A DNA stretch of 47,401 nucleotides, taken from IMG/VR virus record IMGVR_UViG_3300049189_000021, positions 1 through 47,401 of that record. One strand, given 5' to 3'. Made by a program: the position numbers and the translations under genes. The notes under the pieces are model-generated. The model saw only the letters and a program-made list of their open reading frames with translations. It ran no database searches and had not been told where the DNA came from. Source of the DNA: a virus (Duplodnaviria; Caudoviricetes). Of this stretch, positions 8,043-17,377 are shown piece after piece. Position 1 is the stretch's first letter. Every line of letters begins with the position of its first letter.

Positions 8043-9047
8043 CTACTGCGGTGGTTTAATGGTTATGGTAATTTCATTGCCATTCATTGTAATCGTTCCA
8101 CCAATAAGATTTGCAATGTCTCGTACAGGAAGATAAGTACGACCTGGAGGCAGCTGAGACGGAGCCAGCAATGGAGGTGCTAACAATGTTGTAGGTTCTC
8201 CGTTGACATTAGCTTGAGTGCTTCCGATTGTCATCTTCAAAACTAGCGGCTCAAGTATCGGTAATACCGGCATACGAAACACCCCATTCCCTGTTTTCTG
8301 ATCATACCCTTCAATCTCTATATCAACGGAGTTATCTACAATGAAATCAAACACTTCATCGAAGATAGGTTTCCGATTGTTTGCCTGTAGGAACCGTTGC
8401 TTAAAGCAAGCCAACATACCTACAATTGATGGACTCGCAAATGATGTTCCAGTAACTCCCATAGTGCCACCATCATGAGTGTCAGGAAATATGAGATCAC
8501 CGAATGACATTACATCTAGCGAGTCTCCCCAACCGTCATACGAGGAATATGAGGTTCGTCCTATGTTACCTGCGGAGTCCATCCGCAAAGCACCTACACT
8601 AAGCCAGGTATCTTTCTGAGCCATACCAGTTAAACCTTCTACACCATCATTACCAGCAGCACATACGAAGAAGGTACCGTTAGCAATGGCTGTTGCTTCT
8701 AGAGCATTAAACTCTGTAGTATTGTACGACCCTGATGCTGAATAGTTGAATAGGTCTATGTCGTTATCAATACAGAATTGAACGGCTGCGGGTAAGTTAT
8801 CGCGCCATAAGTATACCTCAACATCAGGGGCGTAGTAGAGCAGAGTATCCACAACATCTTGCATATGCGTCCCTGGAATGTCACCGAAGCAGATACCCAT
8901 TGGGTCTTTAACTTTACCACAATAGTCTGGGTAGTTAATCATAGTTGGATTAGCTACCTCATACACCATTACTTTAATACCTTTGCCGGTATATCCTGCT
9001 GCGTGCCATTGGTCGGCTCTACAATACTGTCGCTCTGCTCCAATCAT
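8043..9047 (-). CDS. S8 subtilisin-like serine protease with C-terminal copper-amine-oxidase-N-like domain
   Basis: GYTGKGIKV, AAGNDG, GTSFASP, G.D...G.G; C-terminal GRTYLPVR. Confidence 0.88.
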   Translation of the reverse strand: MIGAERQYCRADQWHAAGYTGKGIKVMVYEVANPTMINYPDYCGKVKDPMGICFGDIPGTHMQDVVDTLLYYAPDVEVYLWRDNLPAAVQFCIDNDIDLFNYSASGSYNTTEFNALEATAIANGTFFVCAAGNDGVEGLTGMAQKDTWLSVGALRMDSAGNIGRTSYSSYDGWGDSLDVMSFGDLIFPDTHDGGTMGVTGTSFASPSIVGMLACFKQRFLQANNRKPIFDEVFDFIVDNSVDIEIEGYDQKTGNGVFRMPVLPILEPLVLKMTIGSTQANVNGEPTTLLAPPLLAPSQLPPGRTYLPVRDIANLIGGTITMNGNEITITIKPPQ

Positions 9048-9211
9048 TCTACAATCAACTCCGGTCTAATGACATAAAAAGCTGTTAGAACCTGGGACGC
9101 ATCGGCTTCGGATAGATTCATTGTAGCGATGATTTCTTGCGGCGTTCCTTCACCATTGCTATACTTGGTATTAGTGACATTTGCATAAATCCTTGCTTTG
9201 TAAGCAGGCAT
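9044..9211 (-). CDS. Small hypothetical protein (55 aa)
   Basis: Below ORF-track cutoff: MPAYKARIYANV...RPELIVE; AAGGAG/GGTGA SD; ATGA overlap with the S8 gene. Confidence 0.65.
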   Translation of the reverse strand: MPAYKARIYANVTNTKYSNGEGTPQEIIATMNLSEADASQVLTAFYVIRPELIVE

Positions 9212-9230
9212 CTCACCATCTCCTTCTATA

Positions 9231-10475
9231 TTAATATGGTGTTGCTACAATGATTCTTTGGAATACCAGTTCAAACTTGAGAGCGGTTGTATGGTTATTC
9301 TTCAGTATGATTTCACCATTAACCATTGTAATGCCCACGTTAAACTCTAATGGCGCAAATAAATGTTTACCATTAAATGCTGTGAACTCTCCGTATATCT
9401 TATCATTGTTGTAGCGTTCAAATACGTAGCCTTTGATAATTTCGCCTGAAACGCACATTACACCGGTTAATTCTTCACTACCAGGATTGACATTGTTCTC
9501 CGACTTGAATTCATCAGTCATGCCTTGCTGTGATTTAAAGTGCCGACGGTTTATCATATCATACACGTCATAATCAGGGAATAGTCTGAAGCCATTCATG
9601 AAGTGTTGTGTACCATGCCATGTAGAGGCTCTGAAGTCTAGGAAGCCCTTCATAAGACCATTAATCTCCATTGCGTAAGCTCCAGTACGTTCTGCAGGAG
9701 CCCCTATGTCACCGGCATATTCAATTGTAGTATTAAGGAACGATACGTCCTCAATATAGCTACCGAGTATGTTGGTCTGTGCTTCAAGTTTAACGGCAGC
9801 CTTAGATGGGTCTGGGCCGTAAGCTACAGCGTATTCTCCACCAATAACATTGAAACTTGATATCTTAGCATTCTTATCACTTGCATCAAGTGCTGTTAAG
9901 CGTATTGCATGACGCTGAGCTACACGACTTTCACAGCCGAATAATGTTGTACAATTGATGAAGCGTTGCGGATATGCGTTATCTAATATCTCAAAGACAT
10001 AGGCGTCTTCTTTAGGATTGTAAACTTTACACTTAAACAAGTCCAGATTCTCAATCCAGTAATAGTTTGTATGCGGGATAGCTTTGAATCCATTTCGGTT
10101 GGCGTTCTGCATCCATACATTAGCTAGAAGAGGATGGTCACCTTTCCTTACAGATACCAAGTCACGCCCGATGTTTGGGACACCTTTAACTACAATGTCT
10201 CTTAGTATTGTAGGCTTTTCGTACTCTCCCACAAGCCATAAGCAGTCGGTATTATTGTCTGGTGCTTGGTGCTCAATTACCGTACCAAGGTGGCCAAACA
10301 TTTCAATGCTAGTAATGTCTAAATGCTGAAGTTTGTAGGTGAGATTACTTGGTGGAACCTCTAATGACTTACCTTCACTTCTTGCCCCTGCCACAGCTTT
10401 TTCAAATTGTATTGTACAATCTGTTCCAGGTACCGCACCGAAGTCATCCACCACATTGAGAGTTCCTGATGCTAT
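9231..10475 (-). CDS. Pectate-lyase-like beta-helix protein (tailspike/depolymerase candidate)
   Basis: NVVDDFGA...DCT..F.KA N-terminal motif typical of beta-helix proteins. SD AGGAGG lies 8 nt before an ATA at 10475; the ORF track starts at GTG 10454. Confidence 0.7.
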   Translation of the reverse strand: MASGTLNVVDDFGAVPGTDCTIQFEKAVAGARSEGKSLEVPPSNLTYKLQHLDITSIEMFGHLGTVIEHQAPDNNTDCLWLVGEYEKPTILRDIVVKGVPNIGRDLVSVRKGDHPLLANVWMQNANRNGFKAIPHTNYYWIENLDLFKCKVYNPKEDAYVFEILDNAYPQRFINCTTLFGCESRVAQRHAIRLTALDASDKNAKISSFNVIGGEYAVAYGPDPSKAAVKLEAQTNILGSYIEDVSFLNTTIEYAGDIGAPAERTGAYAMEINGLMKGFLDFRASTWHGTQHFMNGFRLFPDYDVYDMINRRHFKSQQGMTDEFKSENNVNPGSEELTGVMCVSGEIIKGYVFERYNNDKIYGEFTAFNGKHLFAPLEFNVGITMVNGEIILKNNHTTALKFELVFQRIIVATPY

Positions 10476-10489
10476 AGTAAGCCCCTCCT

Positions 10490-10822
10490 TTAAATTGACG
10501 TACTGCCGAACAACTCTACAAGAGCCAATTCGGTATCAGCAAGTCTAGGTTCTAAGCTATCTAGGCGAGCTTTAAGAGTAGCGTTTTCATCCTCTAGCTC
10601 TTTAATACGTTCCTTGTCTGCTTTAGGTTTTTCTTCTACAGGCGGCACATAAGCAATCCTGGAAGCTAGTTCCAGGGCTGCTAAGTCCGCTGCACGTTCG
10701 TTGGTCATAGGGGCAAATCCAGGCTCATCAGGATCGAATGGTTGGTCATGTAAAACGACGTCTATATCCGATACTATGCGAAAGCCTTTACCACCTTCAA
10801 CATCATACAGCTCTACTTTCAT
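10490..10822 (-). CDS. Tail fibre-associated protein (XkdW-like position)
   Basis: Follows the tail fibre gene; C-terminal coiled coil ending DTELALVELF. Confidence 0.55.
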   Translation of the reverse strand: MKVELYDVEGGKGFRIVSDIDVVLHDQPFDPDEPGFAPMTNERAADLAALELASRIAYVPPVEEKPKADKERIKELEDENATLKARLDSLEPRLADTELALVELFGSTSI

Positions 10823-10833
10823 AGTCAACCTCC

Positions 10834-12714
10834 TTAGTAATTTACTAACTGTGGAATATCCTGGAACGTACCGTTAGCCCCTATGATACGGCCATATGCC
10901 GGGAAGAACATAATGAAGCTATCTACAGTATTGAGCACGTATCCTTTCTGTGCCACAGGTACATAACCAGAGAAAGTGTAGGTAGTAATGTACCTTTCAT
11001 CACTGCTTGTATAGCCATAATATTTACCGGATGGAGAAACCGAAGCACCGTACACTTTACCACCAGAGCCTAAGTTAGCTCCATCGTACGTGAAGGCGTC
11101 TAAGTTTATGGTGTATAAATACTTATCGCTATTACCATAATACGTTGAGCCCATGTACCACTGATTGCCTACTACATAAGATGATGTATATATCATAGAG
11201 TTAGCATCACTACGATCAAGACGAGTGTTAGTAAGATCCGTCTTATGGAAGCGAATATAGTACAGATAGCCGAAACCACCATCAGATATAGACACGCATT
11301 GGAATACGTAGTTGCCGTAACATACCGCTCTAGGGCTGGTGTTAAGGCTCTCATATTCTGGAAGATTGGTGCTATTTCCTGCACTCCATGTATTGGTAGC
11401 TATTGTGTACTTATACATAGAAATAGTGCTGCCCCACTTAACTGTTCTAAATAGGTCAACGCCGTCTGTTACGACATCAATTTGATTACCATAAAGATCC
11501 GGCATAGTAGCCATAGCGGTAAATGTATTTGCTAATGGATCGTACCGATAAAAGTAACCGGTACCACCAGCGCTATACAGGAAGTATGCGTAGCCACCTA
11601 CAACTATATTCAGAGTGTATGATGTAATACCAGAAGGCCAAGGTATAGGTCTGCTATAGTCTCGCTCATACGTTGTATTGCCTATCTCTCTCCATGGACT
11701 CCATACGGCTGAGTCTCTATTCCGTACCCATCTTCGTGGAGGTCCATTAAGATTGGTAGCTACTTGCATTGCGAAGGTAGGTCCATTAGAATGCGCGGTA
11801 ACTTCAAGATAAATCCAGTCAGCTGACCCCATCGGTTTGCCTACAGCAGTGGATACGTCATATATACCATTAACTAGTATAGTATCCAAGTTAGTACCAA
11901 GCGTAAGCTGGGTTGTATCATTAGTGATAGCTTTCCATGGAGACCAAGTACCTGCGTTGTTGAAGCGCACATAAAGATTGCTTAATCCAAGACAGTAGGC
12001 TTGCTGCATTACGTAGGTGCTGTTATCCGACTTGGTAACATTAATTACAGCATATGATACACCGGCTGGAGCATTAGGTGCAGTAGGTCCTACAAGGTAT
12101 GCTCCATTCTCAGTCAGGGTATTACAGTCAGTAACGCCTTTTGTGTGAGTGAAATTGCTTAACTGCAACCACGGTTCCCACACGTTAGCATCCTTACGTC
12201 TTGTCCATACCTGATTATTTGTTGCGTTATAAGCAACTTGCATCATGTATTGAGCACTATTATAATGCACTCTATGATCGACGTAGTACGTTTCTGCAGA
12301 CGGTAGGTTAGGTGCACCAGCCTGAACATAATAGGTACCGTTCTCAGTTAAAGCATTTATATCGGTAGTGATAAACTTAGTGTCGTTACTTGTCTGTGTC
12401 CAAACTGTCCAGGTACCTTGCTCTTTACGACGGGAAAAAGATTTATTAGTACCACGTGAGTAAGCATTCTGTAATATGAAGTTAGTATCTGTAGTATGCG
12501 CTACAACCTGCACATAGACAGAGCCTGTGCCGTCTGGTCCATTTACTGGCGCTGATACAAAGAAGGCACCATTTGTTACAAGAGTATTTATGTCAGTACC
12601 TGTTGAAACTACAGTCTCAGATAGGTGCTTGATGTTACCTTCAATACGATTAAGATCATCAATACCTACGCCAAGATCTGGTGTCCAGTCAATCTTTGGT
12701 GGGAGCCAAGTCAT
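10834..12714 (-). CDS. Tail fibre/receptor-binding protein with four knob-type repeats and a Kelch-like C-terminus
   Basis: N-terminal W..PK.DW...DLNRIEGNI; four repeats TD.N.L..NG.Y...Q.A...R.....W..W; RYDP..NTFT..A.MP Kelch pattern. Confidence 0.85.
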   Translation of the reverse strand: MTWLPPKIDWTPDLGVGIDDLNRIEGNIKHLSETVVSTGTDINTLVTNGAFFVSAPVNGPDGTGSVYVQVVAHTTDTNFILQNAYSRGTNKSFSRRKEQGTWTVWTQTSNDTKFITTDINALTENGTYYVQAGAPNLPSAETYYVDHRVHYNSAQYMMQVAYNATNNQVWTRRKDANVWEPWLQLSNFTHTKGVTDCNTLTENGAYLVGPTAPNAPAGVSYAVINVTKSDNSTYVMQQAYCLGLSNLYVRFNNAGTWSPWKAITNDTTQLTLGTNLDTILVNGIYDVSTAVGKPMGSADWIYLEVTAHSNGPTFAMQVATNLNGPPRRWVRNRDSAVWSPWREIGNTTYERDYSRPIPWPSGITSYTLNIVVGGYAYFLYSAGGTGYFYRYDPLANTFTAMATMPDLYGNQIDVVTDGVDLFRTVKWGSTISMYKYTIATNTWSAGNSTNLPEYESLNTSPRAVCYGNYVFQCVSISDGGFGYLYYIRFHKTDLTNTRLDRSDANSMIYTSSYVVGNQWYMGSTYYGNSDKYLYTINLDAFTYDGANLGSGGKVYGASVSPSGKYYGYTSSDERYITTYTFSGYVPVAQKGYVLNTVDSFIMFFPAYGRIIGANGTFQDIPQLVNY

Positions 12715-12749
12715 GTGTTAACCTCCTTTATAAATACATCCTTACAATA

Positions 12750-12781
12750 TATTATACGCGTTTTCAGCGCAAGTAATAACA
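12750..12781 (-). promoter_or_regulatory. Putative late promoter
   Basis: TGTTAT-N16-GCGTATAATA, shared with three other sites. Confidence 0.65.
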
Positions 12782-12833
12782 CTGCTAGAATAAACTGAAA
12801 CCACCACAGTTATGTGGCGGAATAGTTTTATTA

Positions 12834-14789
12834 CTATAGCTTACGTGCTTCAGTCTTAGCTTCAAGATAGCCTACGAAGGTAAGCTGTTGTCTTGTAACA
12901 GAATACTCTTCTTTACTACCTTGGATGTCTACCTCTATTCTATCACCGAGGTTTACAGTGATGTTACCACGATTGGTCATAGAGATATCGAAGCGGGACG
13001 TTTTGAATATCTCAAGCAGATGCGTTGCAAGCGTGCCAGCGTACGTTGCGTTCTGAATGAAGTCGCTAGAGACTGTAGTTTTAACCATACCGTCTTCTCT
13101 TATAAGCACTTCATCCTGAGCCAGAGCTACAGTTGCTTGTGAAAGCGTTACGCTCTTGCCGGTCACTTCAAGCGTATTTACTGTTCCTGCAGCACCTGTA
13201 TTAGTGAAGGTGATACGAGCTCCCCAGCAGTATGTTACTACATCAGTTACCGTTATAGAACCTGTTACAGTAACGACTGGAGCCTGTACCTCATGACAAG
13301 AGTTGCTTCTGAAGATGATCTCATGAACTACAGTGCTATTAGCAGGTATAGCAATCGGTGCTTCAGCAGAGTATATTACGTCCGGTGCTTTAACAGTTGC
13401 AGACATACAGTTAACCTCTATAGCATTTACTTGCTCAGTAACGGCAGTAGGATAGTTAGCTGTGAAGATGTTTGTGCTATCATAGTAAGCCGCTTTAATG
13501 TCAGGAGTCGTCGGCAAGTTAAGATCTACATTGATGTCACCTTTAGAGTCACAGTAGATCTGTATGATTGCACACGATGCTAGCTTAGCCAAAGCATTCC
13601 TGTGATTCATCTTGTCGAACCAAGCGTATGGGATTATGACATCCTGCAGCGCTGGGTCTAAGTAATACCCTTCAGCATACACGCCGGCATCAGTCAACAC
13701 AAGATCGAATAGCTGATACAAGGAATAGTCAATGTACACCTGTGATGTTTCAAAGTTACTATTCCGCAACAACTCAAGCCTGTCCCTAGCCGTAACCTCC
13801 GTAAAGAGAGTACCCTTCGGGATATCCCAAGATGTCGTCCAGAACTTTCCTAGCTGATACCATTCTACAACGCCGTTGACTTCCGTACCTAACCAAGGCG
13901 TAACTTGTCTGTTACGTTTAACTTGTCCATACAACACTGAGTTAGTGTTCTTAAGGTCGAAGCGTTGGTCCTGGTTAAGGATACTTACGTCTATTTCATT
14001 GGCTGATATGTTACCCATAGGCAGCGCCCCAGTTGCGTAACCTATCTCAGATAGATAACTGAAGTTCTGCAGCATCTCGCCGTCGTACACTTCACGGATG
14101 GCTATGGATACCTCTAGAAGTTTTAGTACCATGCCTGGTTTGTTAATCTTGCTGAACTCTATTCTCACTCGCTCAACAGCTAGTACCGGTTCAAAGACGC
14201 CTGACCAGTCAACCATAGTATTACCCTCAACAGGTAGTGTAGCTAATAGCACATCACCAGCACCGTAGCAATAAACCGTAAAGTCTACAGGATAGATGTT
14301 TAGCTTGCTGTCACCTACAATCCTAGCACTTGTAAAGGAACGAGTAGAGAAGGTTATGTTGACCCAGTTGGTTGACGCTGTCAATAATCCTTCAGCATCC
14401 GATAACTGTGTTCCCCACCAACCTATCTCTTGAGTGTCAGCTGCATTAGGTAACGGATGAAAACTACCATCTAGTTTGTTATCATGAAGTGAAAACCATT
14501 TTTGAGCCGGCTCTATTCTACTGTTAACTAATTGAGTAGATCTAGTGTACTGTCCAGAACTAGCCACTGTAAGTACTGTTGTAACGTCACGGAAAATATC
14601 GGTATACAGAATTTCAACCTTACCGAATATGTGCCTTAGCCCAGAGTGCATAGCGTTCTGAATACCTTGACCGTCGGCTAGCAGTATGCTGTTAATGAAA
14701 TATTCACTGTCCAGGCTATCATCATATACTGCTGTGTCGTCATATGACTCTTTCAGCGATAGGAACGAAACCCATGAAGAGGCAGTCAT
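12834..14789 (-). CDS. Tail tip/baseplate hub protein
   Basis: 651 aa, downstream of tape measure and Dit; RGN....LGD.I C-terminal pattern of tail-tip proteins. Confidence 0.7.
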   Translation of the reverse strand: MTASSWVSFLSLKESYDDTAVYDDSLDSEYFINSILLADGQGIQNAMHSGLRHIFGKVEILYTDIFRDVTTVLTVASSGQYTRSTQLVNSRIEPAQKWFSLHDNKLDGSFHPLPNAADTQEIGWWGTQLSDAEGLLTASTNWVNITFSTRSFTSARIVGDSKLNIYPVDFTVYCYGAGDVLLATLPVEGNTMVDWSGVFEPVLAVERVRIEFSKINKPGMVLKLLEVSIAIREVYDGEMLQNFSYLSEIGYATGALPMGNISANEIDVSILNQDQRFDLKNTNSVLYGQVKRNRQVTPWLGTEVNGVVEWYQLGKFWTTSWDIPKGTLFTEVTARDRLELLRNSNFETSQVYIDYSLYQLFDLVLTDAGVYAEGYYLDPALQDVIIPYAWFDKMNHRNALAKLASCAIIQIYCDSKGDINVDLNLPTTPDIKAAYYDSTNIFTANYPTAVTEQVNAIEVNCMSATVKAPDVIYSAEAPIAIPANSTVVHEIIFRSNSCHEVQAPVVTVTGSITVTDVVTYCWGARITFTNTGAAGTVNTLEVTGKSVTLSQATVALAQDEVLIREDGMVKTTVSSDFIQNATYAGTLATHLLEIFKTSRFDISMTNRGNITVNLGDRIEVDIQGSKEEYSVTRQQLTFVGYLEAKTEARKL

Positions 14790-14813
14790 AAGACCACCTC
14801 CTTTCCTGTCATA

Positions 14814-15476
14814 TTAGTTATGAACCACTGTAGCAGATACTCTGGAGATCTTGAAAATATTGTCAGCAGCAGCCGTCGTAGTAATGGAAATCTTTGGATA
14901 CAGTATCTCATCAAAAGATGCCTCAGTATTACTGAACGTGTATTGGGCAAATACACTGTCACCTTCCGACATTGCAAATGTACGATCAGAACGAACATGA
15001 AACTTAAGGTTTCTTCTTCGTTTGAATTCATCGCTTGCAAGAGCATCATAGTAGCACCTAAATGACTTTTCACCATTTGCCCAGTGCGTCGCTCCTATGA
15101 TGGTACCCATGGCTTCATTAGTTGAGTAGTCAGCAAATCTATAACCTTTAGTCCTGGCCGCGTTCATTAAAGAAATTTCAAATACACAGTTAGGACTGCT
15201 GAATACTAGACTATCGATCTCTAAGATAAATTCCTTTATCTTATCCAATCTAATGCCGCTAGGTAACACATTTAGCGAGGCAACATTATTCAACGTCGCT
15301 CCAGGCATGACACGTATTCCACCATAGTCATTTGTAAGACCTACAAACTCAATAGCCGGTGCTGTGCCTGTTAATGTAATCCAGTTAGGAAGAGCGCTTG
15401 TTTCAATAAAGCATTCTTCAACAGTGCGCAGCGTTTTACCTGTATAGATAAGTTCTCCATTCATTCCTCTAAGCAT
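14814..15476 (-). CDS. Hypothetical 220-aa beta-rich protein (paralog of 26477-27139)
   Basis: Shares NG..I..GKT.R.VEE.F...ALP.W.T.TG and IL.PK...RV..T.VHN with the paralog. Confidence 0.8.
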   Translation of the reverse strand: MLRGMNGELIYTGKTLRTVEECFIETSALPNWITLTGTAPAIEFVGLTNDYGGIRVMPGATLNNVASLNVLPSGIRLDKIKEFILEIDSLVFSSPNCVFEISLMNAARTKGYRFADYSTNEAMGTIIGATHWANGEKSFRCYYDALASDEFKRRRNLKFHVRSDRTFAMSEGDSVFAQYTFSNTEASFDEILYPKISITTTAAADNIFKISRVSATVVHN

Positions 15477-15479
15477 TAT

Positions 15480-16541
15480 CTACACCTCCGATATGGCTAC
15501 ACCAAAGCCCTTTTGTAGTGTGCCCATTCTTGTGCCCTCATAGAACATGTAAAGCTTGTTTTCATACTCAATGACCCAAGGAAGCGATATTGAAAGGCTG
15601 TCCCACTCATCCCACGTTCCAGGGGCTAAGCCTTTAATCATGTATGAAGGCTGTCTTACGTTGTTGAAGGTACTGTAGTAAATTTCAGCATTTTGAATTA
15701 CTCCGCCGGATACAGGATTAGATATAAGAAACGTAGTCCACAGCTGTCCTCTAAAGTGAAACGGATAAGACGAAGCTGAACAGATACTTATTTTTCTATC
15801 GATATACGAGGTGTCGGCATAATCCATATGGCCTGCAAATGGACGAGGATCTGTGATCCAGTTTATACCGTTACGAGAATAAGAAACGCCTGTATGACCG
15901 TTATTAGTTCCACCCATTATGTGGTGCATAATCCATAAGCCGGCAACTCTATACACTCTTGCGTAGCCCGTGTGACCATCACCAGGGAACTCATACTCAG
16001 CTACAGTTACTATTGGGTTATTGGCGTATCTTGTCCAGTTAACACCATCAGTACTAGTTGCTAAACATGTTGCTTGAGAACGGTACGTAAGACTTCCAGT
16101 TGCCCAGAAGTTATTGTGGTAGTATAGATGGAACTTATTTGTATCCGTATTCCAGATAACACAAGGTGTTTCTGTCTGTGCTCCATCTACAGTGTCCACA
16201 TAGACACGTCCACGATCTGTCCATGGCCCCGTAGGATGTGGCGCAGTAACTAAACCAATTCCTCCCTCACCTTGCGTGTGGTCAGTAGAGAAGTACATAT
16301 AGAAATTGTCTATCGCAGCGCTACCCAAGATTGGCGTCATGTGTACAACAGAAGGGAAGTATAGTTTATCTGTTCCCATCCAAGGTATCTGACCATCTAA
16401 AAGAATTGGATTACCAGAGAATTTTTCGAATCTTGGAGATTCAACTAATTGCCTTTGTTGCTGTGACAATCGGTTATCATCAATGTAAAATGATCCTATA
16501 CTCTTTCTTAGTTCGTACGCGGCTTTACCAAAGTCAGGCAT
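15480..16541 (-). CDS. Five-bladed beta-propeller glycoside hydrolase-like protein (paralog of 27143-28180)
   Basis: GH32/43/130-like blades: FYMYFS, A.HPTGPW, P.V.WN...FHLYYH, LATS.DG.NW, NPI, KLYMFYEG. Confidence 0.75.
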   Translation of the reverse strand: MPDFGKAAYELRKSIGSFYIDDNRLSQQQRQLVESPRFEKFSGNPILLDGQIPWMGTDKLYFPSVVHMTPILGSAAIDNFYMYFSTDHTQGEGGIGLVTAPHPTGPWTDRGRVYVDTVDGAQTETPCVIWNTDTNKFHLYYHNNFWATGSLTYRSQATCLATSTDGVNWTRYANNPIVTVAEYEFPGDGHTGYARVYRVAGLWIMHHIMGGTNNGHTGVSYSRNGINWITDPRPFAGHMDYADTSYIDRKISICSASSYPFHFRGQLWTTFLISNPVSGGVIQNAEIYYSTFNNVRQPSYMIKGLAPGTWDEWDSLSISLPWVIEYENKLYMFYEGTRMGTLQKGFGVAISEV

Positions 16542-16954
16542 TAGTTCAACCCCCCTGATATGCTTACGTTACCGCCAGTTATTGAAGCGATGTTAGCACG
16601 TAGACTAGTATTGACTGGTACGCTTACCTCGTAGAAACCAGCCGCTACGACATTACCTGATAAGAATCCATTATTAGCTACATCCCAAATCTTAAGTGCA
16701 CGAGGTACACCAGAAGGCCCTATAGCCTGTAGTTGCACCGAATATGTACCAGTGCCCCAGACTTCAAATGAGTATGTTTTGAAGCTCCCTACAGGAACAG
16801 ATATACTAGGTATCGCTGTAGTTGCTTCGTCAAATAGTTCTACAACCTTGCTGCTTAATGTGACAGACGGTATATAAGTTGTATCAGCTCCTGTAACCCA
16901 ATCAGCGACCTTTTTCCATTTATCATACAAGTCACCAAGCAATATATTAGCCAT
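16541..16954 (-). CDS. Hypothetical structural-region protein
   Basis: AAAGGAGG SD; beta-rich; coupled to the next gene. Confidence 0.7.
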   Translation of the reverse strand: MANILLGDLYDKWKKVADWVTGADTTYIPSVTLSSKVVELFDEATTAIPSISVPVGSFKTYSFEVWGTGTYSVQLQAIGPSGVPRALKIWDVANNGFLSGNVVAAGFYEVSVPVNTSLRANIASITGGNVSISGGLN

Positions 16955-17017
16955 GTAGAACCTCCTTTACGTACAAGGGGTAGTTAGGCACTAAGCACCT
17001 ACTACCCTCGTTCCGTA

Positions 17018-17374
17018 TTATTTTTGTATTAGATCAAATGCAACATTTTTCCAATACCATACACCGTCGTGTCTGAACTTACGATACTTAACAGCCCCTG
17101 GGTAAACAGTAACTGTCTTCTGTACACCATTCTCTAGAAATGTAAGAGGGAAGAAGAACATCGAACTATCTACAGCATCAAATAGTTTTTCAATTTGAAC
17201 GCCATTCATTACTTCGTATACGAAGGTCCACTTCGCTTTCTTAGCAATAAGTTCAGCCGTCATGTCACCGCTCAATACACGACCACTCTTAGTCAAGTTG
17301 TATCTCTCGAAGCCAAGCTCACTCGGTTGGACTCCAATATCAATGCCGTTAATGGATACGATTACTTTAGCCAT
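17018..17374 (-). CDS. Distal tail (Dit-like) protein
   Basis: Directly after tape measure; SGR..SG.M...LIAKK.K and W.NV.FDLIQ pattern. Confidence 0.7.
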   Translation of the reverse strand: MAKVIVSINGIDIGVQPSELGFERYNLTKSGRVLSGDMTAELIAKKAKWTFVYEVMNGVQIEKLFDAVDSSMFFFPLTFLENGVQKTVTVYPGAVKYRKFRHDGVWYWKNVAFDLIQK

Positions 17375-17377
17375 GTA

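Noticed and set aside
10834-11700. Diversity-generating retroelement target in the tail fibre tip
   Set aside because: No template repeat or reverse transcriptase seen.
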